A stretch of DNA of 34,926 bases from Trichomonas gallinae (lineage: Eukaryota): contig MRSU01010563.1 of assembly GCA_008369845.1 (NCBI GenBank), positions 1 through 34,926 on the forward strand. Reading direction: 5' to 3'. The notes below the pieces were generated by a model. The model ran no database searches, had not been told where the DNA came from, and worked only from the letters and a program-made list of their open reading frames with translations. A program made the translations under genes and the position numbers. Shown here piece after piece: positions 20,394 to 30,458 of the stretch (the stretch's first letter is position 1; the number at the start of each line of letters is the position of its first letter).

Positions 20394-22823
20394 ATCAATT
20401 TAGTTGATAATGGACAAACACTTACATACTTTAAGGGCTCAACCACAGGTGTTACTGTTCCTGCAACTGTTCGAACCATCTATGGAAAATCAGCTACAGA
20501 TTATTGCTGCAAAGATGTAACAGATAAACTCAGAGAATGCATATTTGCAGAAAACTCGAACTTAGACACAATAGGATCTTATGCTTTTTACAATTGTTCA
20601 AAATTAGCCTCAATTGATTTTAGACCTTGCACAAAATTACGCCTAATAAAAGAATATGCTTTCCAATACTGTTCACTCTCTTCAGTCAATTTTCCAGAAG
20701 GAATAAAAGAAATACAAACATTAGCATTTTCTTTCAATAAATTACAAACTCTAAGTTTACCAGCAAGTTTAGTTACATTGGGATTTTCAGCTTTCGGAAA
20801 AAACGATTTACTTCAATCCGTAGCATTTACTCCAAATTCGTTATTGGACAGTCTTCAAGTAAATATTTTCTTTTCCAGTAGTCTAACTTCATTTATTGTC
20901 CCACCAAACGTTCAATCGATAAATGGGCTCGCATTCCAAGAGACAGGAACAATTGTGTCCATATCTGTTGATCCAGAAAATAAATATTTCAAAGACATTG
21001 ACAAAAAAGCAATTTACAACCAAAATGGAACAGCTATTTATTATTTTGCGTCAGGTATAACTGGAGAATTTACAATTCCTGAAGGAGTGTTGGAAATTCA
21101 AAAAGGTTGCTTTACTTCTTCGCATTTAACATCTCTCACGCTTCCAAAAAGCATAAATAAAGTTTATGATTTTGCTTTCATGAGGAGTTATATTACAAAC
21201 TTTAATATTGATGATTCACTCAATTCAATTGCAATTGGCGCTTTTGAATATTCATGGAATTTAATCAGCATTCAATTACCATCATCGCTCACGGAAATTA
21301 GCACGAGGTTGTTCAAATATTCAAGAATAGAATCAATTGTTATTCCAGATAAAGTCACAAAAATCGGTGATTCAGCTTTCGAATATTGCAAATATTTGAA
21401 AAATATTTCTTTACCATCAAATCTAAAAAGTCTTGGAGATAATGTTATAGCTTCTTCACCTTATGCAAAATTTATTTTCCCGCCAGACTCAGGTTTATAT
21501 GTAAGCGATGATCAACTAATTATGGATAAGCTAAATACGACAATTTATTTATATCTTGACAACAAAAACACTGTAAATATTTTACCAACAATTTTAACAA
21601 TAAAAGGTTCTGCGTTCAGAGATAAAGCAGAGTTAGTTACAATATCTTGTTCTGGTTCTCCACAATTACAAAATATTGGAGAATATGCGTTTTCTAGCTG
21701 CAAGAAACTGAAAAATTTCATTAGTTTTTCAACTTTGGCTACCATTGGAGATTATGCTTTTCAAAACACAAAAATTAGTCCTTCTCTAATTTTTGGATCT
21801 CAGTTAACATCAATAGGTGTTAATGCATTCATTGGACTTGATATATCATCAATATCTTTCAATTCTGTTAATCCTTTGACTATTTCTGATTCTGCTTTTA
21901 TGTATTGCTCGAAAATCACAGAAATACAATTTAACTGTCGGTCAGATATAAATTTAAAAAATTCCGTTTTCAGCGGTCTCAGTTCATTAAATACAATTAC
22001 TTTGTCTGACGAAATCAAAACAATTGGATCTTTCTGTTTCTCAAATTGCAGTTTAACAAGAGTCAACTTCGAATCAGCAACTTTTGGACCTGGAGTGTTT
22101 CCTCAAGGTTTATTCGCAGATTGTAAAAATCTTGAAACAATAAACATTCCGACAAACATAACAACACTCGAAAGCCAATGTTTCCAAAACAATAAACTCC
22201 GAAGAATAAGTTTGCCAGTTGGCTTATATGAACTTGGTAGACAATGCTTCAAAGGTTGCTCCTATTTATCTGAAATAATTATTCCTGACAATTGTGCATT
22301 GCAGCTGATTAATGTTGGAGTGTTTGACGGATGCACTAGTTTGTCTTCATTCAGCGATTTTGTATCTGGCTATTTTGTTGTTGACTCGGGAGCTCTTTAT
22401 AACAAACAAAGAACAAACTTGATCGTTTATCCACCAGCTTCACCAAATAATTTCTTCGCCGTTGCATTTTCTGTTACAACTATTTCAGAGAGTGCTTTTA
22501 TTGGATGCATCAACCTTCAAACGATCCTCATTCCTGATGGAAGTGTTACAAGAATTGGAAGCAGTGCATTTGAAGGCTGTAAGAACTTAAAATATATCAA
22601 TATTCCAATTTCTGTAAAAGAAATTGGCGAAAATGCTTTTTTGGGATGCAACAAACTTAACTGTGGACAAATAATTCAAAATAGAACAGTTGAATTTCGT
22701 CAAAAACTTATCCGTGCAGGCATCAATCCAAAGTCATTTAAGGACTGTGAAGTTGTTACATGCAAAGTATCATCATATACATATTTGAATGTATTTATAA
22801 TCCAGGTATTTATACTAATATAA
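20394..22823 (+). CDS. BspA-like (TpLRR) leucine-rich repeat surface protein, 809 open codons, no N-terminal ATG
   Basis: Many LxxIxIPxxVxxIgxxAFxxCxxL repeats. The frame is open from 20394 (INLVDNGQTLTYFKG...LDTIGSYAFYNCSKL). ATG 20358 is cut off by TAA 20391; next ATG is at 21180. Hydrophobic C-tail. Confidence 0.88.
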   Translation: MNLVDNGQTLTYFKGSTTGVTVPATVRTIYGKSATDYCCKDVTDKLRECIFAENSNLDTIGSYAFYNCSKLASIDFRPCTKLRLIKEYAFQYCSLSSVNFPEGIKEIQTLAFSFNKLQTLSLPASLVTLGFSAFGKNDLLQSVAFTPNSLLDSLQVNIFFSSSLTSFIVPPNVQSINGLAFQETGTIVSISVDPENKYFKDIDKKAIYNQNGTAIYYFASGITGEFTIPEGVLEIQKGCFTSSHLTSLTLPKSINKVYDFAFMRSYITNFNIDDSLNSIAIGAFEYSWNLISIQLPSSLTEISTRLFKYSRIESIVIPDKVTKIGDSAFEYCKYLKNISLPSNLKSLGDNVIASSPYAKFIFPPDSGLYVSDDQLIMDKLNTTIYLYLDNKNTVNILPTILTIKGSAFRDKAELVTISCSGSPQLQNIGEYAFSSCKKLKNFISFSTLATIGDYAFQNTKISPSLIFGSQLTSIGVNAFIGLDISSISFNSVNPLTISDSAFMYCSKITEIQFNCRSDINLKNSVFSGLSSLNTITLSDEIKTIGSFCFSNCSLTRVNFESATFGPGVFPQGLFADCKNLETINIPTNITTLESQCFQNNKLRRISLPVGLYELGRQCFKGCSYLSEIIIPDNCALQLINVGVFDGCTSLSSFSDFVSGYFVVDSGALYNKQRTNLIVYPPASPNNFFAVAFSVTTISESAFIGCINLQTILIPDGSVTRIGSSAFEGCKNLKYINIPISVKEIGENAFLGCNKLNCGQIIQNRTVEFRQKLIRAGINPKSFKDCEVVTCKVSSYTYLNVFIIQVFILI

Positions 22824-23220
22824 GAAATATTTTCACTATATTATAGTATATAAAAAATAATATGACAGCTTTAATTAATGCTTCAATATTTTCATCTGCA
22901 ATTTAATTGTTTTTGTAAAGATGCTAGATTCCACTTCCATACCTAATATCCAATAATTTGGATATTCTGGTGTGACATTCTCACCTCCATTTTGAAATAT
23001 TTAAATTATAATTCTTAATAATAATGAGGTAGCGTTTATTAATGCTTCAAAAACTATACATCTAACAATTTTTATAATTTTGATATCTAGACTCTATTTT
23101 GAAGACTTTTTAGTTGCTTTTTCTATCAATAGAGGTCATCCTTGGTCATTTAGTTTAGCAAACCTTGTGAATTGAAAAGTGACAGTTGGGATAATGATTT
23201 GTAAAAATTATGCATGATAA

Positions 23221-24147
23221 AATATAGATAATACATTAGATGTATGGAAGTATTTCTTTAAAACTAAAAATCCTGCTGTTTCAACTGGTAATAATCCCAA
23301 TATCAAATATAATGAAAATATGGATATATTATTATCATCATTTTTATATTTAACGTATCGAGCGATTGAAATAACTTCCAGTAATGTTAACTTATGTATA
23401 AGTTATTCGTCTTTCATCGATGATTCTGCAGCTACAAACGAAAATATCAGTGCAGGAGCAGTAGGAATGTCATCTGGAAAGCGCTTTTTCGTATTCAACA
23501 CAGTGTTCAGCGGCTGCCAAACATATCTAAAAAATGGAGGCCAAACATTCAGAATAACGAATGTGACAAATAAAACAGTTATCGGCGCGTCACTTTGTAG
23601 AAATGGCAAAGAATATCTGCCATCTGACACTTTACAATACAAAACCGTTTTTGTTTTTGATTACGACAATTTAGCATTCCAGGAGACAAACACATCTTAT
23701 AATGAAGTCTACGAAAAATGTTTTGGACATTTCAATTATGTCGATGGATATATTTCGTATTGCAATTTTAATAATGCAAAATCTTTTCAAAGTGGTCTAT
23801 ATTTAGTAAATGTTAGTGCAATATATACATTTTGCAATTTTATCAATAATAATATAACAAAAAACGAATTAATAAGAACTGATCTTAAAGATGTCTATTT
23901 TTTGAATTCAAATTTCAAAAATAATAATGCACCACAATATTTTAAAAGTTACACAGATAACAAAGCCATTTTGTATAGTTGTGATTCAGATAGTTATAAC
24001 AATGCTACAACTATTAATTCTTTTTCGAAAGATATGATTTTTAAAATAACATACCATGTTCATAACACTGAATGTTCAGTTTATAATGACGATATTTATT
24101 TGAATAACTACATCATTATGCTGTATTCCATTGTAATTATTCTATAA
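23221..24147 (+). CDS. Right-handed beta-helix (Pmp/pectin-lyase-like) surface-type protein, tandem paralog A
   Basis: Repeated CNFxNN/SNFKNN and AGAV/GGQ motifs; hydrophobic C-tail. Similarity to paralog B extends upstream of ATG 23320 to 23221 (NIDNTLDVWKYFF). Confidence 0.65.
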   Translation, partial: NIDNTLDVWKYFFKTKNPAVSTGNNPNIKYNENMDILLSSFLYLTYRAIEITSSNVNLCISYSSFIDDSAATNENISAGAVGMSSGKRFFVFNTVFSGCQTYLKNGGQTFRITNVTNKTVIGASLCRNGKEYLPSDTLQYKTVFVFDYDNLAFQETNTSYNEVYEKCFGHFNYVDGYISYCNFNNAKSFQSGLYLVNVSAIYTFCNFINNNITKNELIRTDLKDVYFLNSNFKNNNAPQYFKSYTDNKAILYSCDSDSYNNATTINSFSKDMIFKITYHVHNTECSVYNDDIYLNNYIIMLYSIVIIL

Positions 24148-24435
24148 TTTTTTTTTTTTCATATGTATCAATAGATGATAGAATTAAAGCATAGTGTTTG
24201 ATAAAAGTAGGAGTATTAAAGTATAAATTTATAATTTACTGATTTTATAAATGATGATTTAAAATTTGATAATTTAATATACTTGTCAATGATATAGCTA
24301 CGCCAGAATGCGATAAACTAATAATTTTTAAACAAATATATAGTCACAAATGCAGAATTTAAGGAAATAATCCAAGACAAATAATAATAAAAAGTGACAT
24401 ATTTGAATATAAAAAATGCAATTTCAACACGATAG

Positions 24436-25371
24436 AATATAGATAACGCATTAAATGTATGGGAGTATTTCTTCAATATCAGGAATGCAGCAAAAGTCAC
24501 TGGAACCAATCCATCGTTAGCATGTGAAAATTTAAATTATGATATTTATTTGTCATCATTTTTATATATATCAAATAGAGCAGTTACATTAACAACGAAA
24601 AATGCCAATCTCTGCATCAGTTATTCATCATTTGTTGGAAATTCCGTGCCGAAGGAAGATATTGAAGGTGGAGGCTCAATTTTGATGTCAAATGGCAACA
24701 ATTTTTTCCTTTTCCAAACAGTTATCACTGAATGTCTAACAGAATCAAAATCCGGAGGCCAAGCATTTAGAGTCACTGTTCCAAATAAAACGGTTATAGG
24801 TGTCACTTTCTGTCGCAACGGCAAATATTCTGAGTCATCTAAATCAATTGATTGCAGGACGACTATAGTTTACGACTATGGAATTCTTGCTTTCCAAGAA
24901 TCTAATTTCACAAAAAATGAAGTTATAGATAGATGTTTTGCGCATATTTTCTCTCTCGATGGTTATATTTCTTATTCAAATATTAATAACTGCAAATCAT
25001 ATGAATTTGGAAGTTATATCTTTAACTGCTCGCTTATATTAGTAAGCTGCAATTTCATAAATAACCAAATAGTAACAGAAGAAATATTTAGAATATTGCA
25101 TAAAGATATTTATTTTATAAATTCAAATATAAAAAATAACCAAGCATCATCTTACTTTGGATCATTGACAAATAATAGAGCATTACTATACAATTCTGGC
25201 ATTGATAATACTAATAACAATCAATATTTTGAAATTATTAATGAATATGAACTCACACAAAACTATAAAATAATTTATAAAGTTCATAAAAAACAATGTT
25301 CCAATTGTGATGTCAGCATTCATTTTAGTATGTATATTTTTATGTTTTATTCAGTTGTTTTATCTATTTAA
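24436..25371 (+). CDS. Right-handed beta-helix surface-type protein, tandem paralog B
   Basis: Collinear with paralog A (NLCISYSSF, GGQxFR, NKTVIG, CRNGK, LAFQE, DGYISY, CNFINN). The frame opens at 24436 (NIDNALNVWEYFF); first ATG is at 24685. Confidence 0.65.
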   Translation, partial: NIDNALNVWEYFFNIRNAAKVTGTNPSLACENLNYDIYLSSFLYISNRAVTLTTKNANLCISYSSFVGNSVPKEDIEGGGSILMSNGNNFFLFQTVITECLTESKSGGQAFRVTVPNKTVIGVTFCRNGKYSESSKSIDCRTTIVYDYGILAFQESNFTKNEVIDRCFAHIFSLDGYISYSNINNCKSYEFGSYIFNCSLILVSCNFINNQIVTEEIFRILHKDIYFINSNIKNNQASSYFGSLTNNRALLYNSGIDNTNNNQYFEIINEYELTQNYKIIYKVHKKQCSNCDVSIHFSMYIFMFYSVVLSI

Positions 25372-25630
25372 ATATATTATATGTCAAATAGCTGCTAAAA
25401 ATATGTTTAAAATCTTAATTTCATCATTTTCTTCTCTGTCTTCCAGCTAAAAAGTTTCTGCAACTTCTTCTTCACTTTGGATTTGATAATTCTGTATAAT
25501 ATATAACCAATCGCTGCAAAGCACCCAATCTAATATGGATCTGGTTTATAATCAACCTAGTTATATTGTATCTTATCCTATCTACGAGTTAGATTTTTCA
25601 TGATAAAAGTGAGCGTATTTTTTTTTGTAA

Positions 25631-26209
25631 ACTTACTTGATAAGAATCCTACCATCAAAAAATGGTGATTTAAACGGACTAACACTACGTTATCCAACTC
25701 TCTTTGCTTACACTGCTGATGGCGTATTTAAACCTCATTATAACATTAAATTTCTTTTTGATAGAAATAATAATAGTGAGTGGTGCTCTGCATATGCTGA
25801 TAATCAGAGCTTTTCTATATATATTGCAAATGGCGCATATATAACACCCACAAATTATACATTTCATGTTGGAGGATATTCCGATCCATATTTTGCTCAA
25901 AATTGGACTATATCTTGTTACTATAACAGTAACTGGACTATAATAGATAACGTGATTAACAATACAAGGATAAATAAAAACCATGTTGCTGAAACGTTTG
26001 AAATTTCTAACATAACAACATGTTCAGCTGTCAATTTCAGAATGAATGGATTGTCTATGTATAACGGACTAATATGGTGCATGACAACAATGGAAATATT
26101 TGGTGAAATTTCATTCGATAAAGGAATGAGGTTCTTTTGCGATACATGTAAACATGTTCCAATCTACCAAATGAAATTTAGCTACGTCTACGTCTTGATC
26201 TTGATTTAA
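25631..26209 (+). CDS. F5/8 type C (galactose-binding-like) domain protein with C-terminal hydrophobic tail and no N-terminal ATG
   Basis: LFDRNNNSEWCS, ITPTNYTF, QNWTI, WTIID, MEIFG pattern. The frame opens after TAA 25628; first ATG is at 26042. Confidence 0.65.
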   Translation, partial: TYLIRILPSKNGDLNGLTLRYPTLFAYTADGVFKPHYNIKFLFDRNNNSEWCSAYADNQSFSIYIANGAYITPTNYTFHVGGYSDPYFAQNWTISCYYNSNWTIIDNVINNTRINKNHVAETFEISNITTCSAVNFRMNGLSMYNGLIWCMTTMEIFGEISFDKGMRFFCDTCKHVPIYQMKFSYVYVLILI

Positions 26210-26466
26210 TTCTATAAATAGTTTTCATTGTTGCTACATAAGATATTCCTTCGTATATTATCGTATAAACCATTAATATGAGCATTTTGTAACACTTATA
26301 GCATAAAGAAAATGAATGAAATATTTGATAAATTTTATATTCGGATAAATCCTAAAATTCTTATTCCATTTTAATGTAGTTGATCAAGACTATTTATAAG
26401 GTTGATTAAAAAAAGGCAATAAAAAATTTGACAAATAAAATGATTTGTAAAGTAAAATAGTCATAA

Positions 26467-27540
26467 ATGAAGGATGGCGGGGAACCAAATTACAAAATGC
26501 CTCCTTTAAGATATACAGTGCCAGGAACAGATTTTACTGTAGATTGGCATTGCAAAACGCATCCCAGATATGTTCATTCGTTTCTATCTCACTGCCATTC
26601 AGATCATCTTTCAGGAATCGAGTCATTTCGTTCACCTCGCGTTCTACACTGTACGCCAATCACTGCACAATTCCTTTTACTTAAATACCCGAAACTTTCT
26701 GGCTGCATTGAAACTCACGAAGTTGGATCTGTTTTCTATATTGATGCAATTACGATAACTGTGTTCGATGCAAACCATACGCCAGGAAGCGCAATGTTCC
26801 TATTCGAAAGTCCTCTTGGAAGAAAAATTTTGCACACTGGAGATTTTCGTGCGAATGAAAAAGTCTGCAATAGCATTGAGAAGATCTCACCAGTCAATCA
26901 GCTGTTCATAGATTGCACGTATGCAACATCTAAGCTTATTTTCATATCCAGGGAAATTTGCATCAAATGGGTACAAAATAAGGTTACTGAAAATTTGGCG
27001 AAAAATATTTTAACCTTAATTGGAACATATACTATAGGCAAAGAAGAATTAGTCATAGCTGTGTCCAATCACATCAATCAGCCAGTGTTTGCTCCAGTAG
27101 ACAGATACCAGAGCGTCAGGCATCTGATGGACACGAATTACTGCAAGAAAACGAATTTTACTGATGACGCAACAAAATCGAAAGTTTTTTTGGTGCCAAT
27201 CGGGGACTGCAACGATAAAAACGCTGCACACTGGGCCCACCAGTATGGATACAACTCTGTTTGCGCGATTGCAGCCACTGGATGGTGTGGAAAGAAAGGA
27301 TGGGAAACTCCAAGAGTGAATTTCGTTGACGGAGTGAGTGTGACACTCTTTAGTGTGCCATATTCTGATCATTCATCGCCGAACGAATTGCTGGAGTTTG
27401 TCAAGGTTGCAAGACCCAAAAAAATCACCTCCTTCACTTCAAGATCGCAGAACGAAGAAGAAAAAATACAAAAAATGTTTCTCCCTTTTATTAGGAAAGA
27501 AAAGAATAAGAACTTCATTGAGTTTTATGCGAAGAAATGA
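26467..27540 (+). CDS. SNM1/PSO2-family DNA-repair metallo-beta-lactamase (beta-CASP/DRMBL) nuclease
   Basis: FLSHCHSDHLSG, DANHTPGSAMFLF, LHTGDFR, FIDCTY, GTYTIGKE, VPYSDHSS. TCATA initiator-like element at 26461. Confidence 0.93.
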   Translation: MKDGGEPNYKMPPLRYTVPGTDFTVDWHCKTHPRYVHSFLSHCHSDHLSGIESFRSPRVLHCTPITAQFLLLKYPKLSGCIETHEVGSVFYIDAITITVFDANHTPGSAMFLFESPLGRKILHTGDFRANEKVCNSIEKISPVNQLFIDCTYATSKLIFISREICIKWVQNKVTENLAKNILTLIGTYTIGKEELVIAVSNHINQPVFAPVDRYQSVRHLMDTNYCKKTNFTDDATKSKVFLVPIGDCNDKNAAHWAHQYGYNSVCAIAATGWCGKKGWETPRVNFVDGVSVTLFSVPYSDHSSPNELLEFVKVARPKKITSFTSRSQNEEEKIQKMFLPFIRKEKNKNFIEFYAKK

Positions 27541-28070
27541 ATATTATTGTTTGTAAATACTATATATTGCTGAATATTTCAAATTTTATTTAATCTATTC
27601 AATATGGTTGATCTGGTTACACCATTTTGAAGGAGCACGGATACTAGTATAGTATCATTTTGATCGAAGCTCAAAAAGCAGTACTATACTGTAAAGATAA
27701 TACCAGAATATCATTCAGGCGTAATTTGTATCAAGACCAAAGTAAAATGATTATAAACACATATATTAACACTTTATTAATGCAATGGACAGTTAATTAT
27801 CAATACTGATTAAAATTGATCGATGCTCACTTAGAGTATTGAGTAATTAACGATATTACACATCTAAATCGATTCTAATTTGTCTGTAAGAATATAGTCT
27901 GAAACATAACAGAGAAATTTACAATATCAAAATTTCATGATAGGAAAACTAACGATGGCATCATGCATCTTTATCATAACATTGCTATAATTTGTTAAAA
28001 CCTTTTATAACAGTATAAGGTGCAATAATTGAGTAATTTTACCTTCATCAAATTTTAATACATTAAAGTT

Positions 28071-28300
28071 AACATTGTGAATTTTGGAATAGATAGTGTT
28101 ATAGTATCTGAATTTAATAATCTACCAATTACTTATAAGGTGTTAAATTTCGAGATGCGTTCGTAGTTGGCAGCTCAAAAATTGATTATTTTGGGTCATT
28201 TATATGTCTTCTATATGGATAAATCGTTTTAATTGAATCCTCACAAAAATCTAAATCATGGCGCCAGAGCACAAAACCTCTTATCCCCAATATGTGAACC
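28071..28300 (+). pseudogene. Possible heavily decayed protein kinase remnant
   Basis: Fragments in kinase order across frameshifts: NIVNF..IVSEF, ITYKVLNFE, KIDYFG, MAPE. Confidence 0.25.
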
Positions 28301-28879
28301 ATACTTATATTTACAAATAATCAAAAAATATTTTAAAAATTGATATAACTTGAAAAATTTTGCAAAAACATCAAAAGTGAATAAAATATGAAGTATCTTT
28401 CACAATTATACACAATAAACCATGTTTTATAGATCAAAATAATTTTATTTCGAAGCATTTTAAAATTAATATCATCATATTGAACAAATTTTTAGACCAA
28501 AATAATTTTGATAAATACGATTATTTTTAATTCAAATTTCAAAGTGTTTATAAATGAAGATAATGATAATCATATGATAATACTAGCTTTGCAAATCGTT
28601 GATGCACTTAATTTTGATAAATTTTGGGAAAATGGATTTATATATGATGCTAAATCAACATCTAAAATATTTTGTGATGAAAGAATTGAGAATAACCTTG
28701 AACAAATATCCCATCAATTTATTGTGAATCTCTCACAAAATATTATTTTACAAAAATTAACTCATAAAGCAAGCCATGAAACATAATACATTCGAATTTT
28801 GCTTTATTCGTCGACGAAAATTTTTCCCGTAATGATATTGAAAAAATCCAGCTTTTTGTCGACATCATTTTTATTATTG

Positions 28880-29359
28880 ATGGGAAACAGTAAGAGAGTT
28901 CTTATCCATGTCAGGGGCATTGACCTTGGCTCATATTCAGCTACTGATAAAGCTGGCTTGGTGTTGTACGTAGGTGCGCCATCAAGTTTCAAGAAATATC
29001 CATACCCATTCAAATGTGGTGATAGAAACCATATAGGTAGAACATGGGAGTATCATTATAAGGTTGACAACAACGCTTCATTTGTTATCGCGCTTTATAA
29101 GCAACATTTTCTTGGCGACAAAGAAATTGGTGAGCTAGAATTGAAGATTTCTGCATTCCAGCCAAATACTGTTATTACAGAAAGGTTTGAGCTTCAGTCT
29201 CCAAACATTGCTGCAGTTCCAGCAAGAATTGAATTAGAAATTCATCTCAACGCTGATGGATCGCAGCCATTCCAGGCTCCAAAGGGCTTCTTGTTTGATA
29301 ATCCAACAATCCTTCATCGCAATTTCTATGACAGCCCAGAGTTGAAGCTCAATAATTAA
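28880..29359 (+). CDS. Single C2-domain-like protein, paralog of 5662-6153
   Basis: Shares LGxYxATDKAxLVLxVG, YPYxFKxG, LYKxHxLGDKEIG and ADGS with its paralog. ATG 28880 follows TCATT at 28865 and matches the paralog length. Confidence 0.78.
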   Translation: MGNSKRVLIHVRGIDLGSYSATDKAGLVLYVGAPSSFKKYPYPFKCGDRNHIGRTWEYHYKVDNNASFVIALYKQHFLGDKEIGELELKISAFQPNTVITERFELQSPNIAAVPARIELEIHLNADGSQPFQAPKGFLFDNPTILHRNFYDSPELKLNN

Positions 29360-30458
29360 TCTTACTTTCCTAATTTTTGTTTGATATTTATAATTAAAGA
29401 TTATAATATTTGTTAAAAACTTTTCTCTGTTTGTTTATCTGCTTACCAGTTATCATTATCTATATTTTGGATAAATCCAATATATAAAAACTAATAGATG
29501 CGAAATTAACAGGATATCTATAGTGAATAACAGCTATATTATTGTTGTACTAATAAATAATATCAATCAATATGTGCTTTGTCGATTAATATAATAAGAT
29601 TATTTCAATAACAAAATATTAAATTAGTTTTAGGGCCATTTCTCGATGGAACTCTAATTAAATCCTTGATGGCTAAATAATAACCAAGCGATATTAATAA
29701 ATTTAATCCGAAAATTTGATCGAATTTGCTAATTATCGCTCAATGAGCATTTTACTTGTATATTGAGAAACAAAAGGACTAGTAGTATCTGAAATGATGA
29801 CATAAACCAGATTTTTTTCGAAATTGAATTTCAAATATAAAAATACGATCCTTTAATTATTACTCATTACCAATTAAATAAGCAATACGTTCGCAAATAA
29901 ACGACTCTTTACATTTGCATTAATCTCATAGAAAAATCGGCCAACATATAAATGGACGGTATTCGAAATATGCATAAAAATGCATGATATTTACAATGTT
30001 GAATTAACATTTTTCAAATACCATATTTAATTTGTATCTGATTATTGAAAAAATATAAAAATCAATTGAAAAAAAAAATCAAAAAATTATTAATATTTTT
30101 AATCTTTAATCCTTATTAAGTATAATTTATTTTATTGATCGTAATTTCAATAATTCGGATTAAACAACAATTAGCTAATCATTTTCATATAAATAATTAA
30201 AATTTAAGTTTTGCAATTTTATATTCCAAATGAAAGTGATATAAAATTATATGTTGATTATAATAATAGCAAAAAAATATTTTACATTTTTGAATGAATA
30301 TCGATTATTTTTCAGTTAAAAATTTGAGAAATTCCGCTAATTTTGATAAAGCAACAACCGTCCATTTTTATCTTTATTATTCTAATATATATAGTGCATG
30401 CATCAATATTTTATAATTTTTGAGAATTAGCAAAACTGTAGATCTTATTTTTCAATAA

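Noticed and set aside
7951..23637. 17-nt exact match CATCTGACACTTTACAA at 7951 and 23621
   Set aside because: No flanking similarity; plausible by chance in 35 kb of AT-rich sequence.
20340..25640. Canonical cis-spliced introns supplying the missing ATGs
   Set aside because: No trichomonad-type fused branch/3' site (ACTAAC...CAG) with a GT donor is visible at any of the six 5' junctions. Non-canonical splicing is not excluded.
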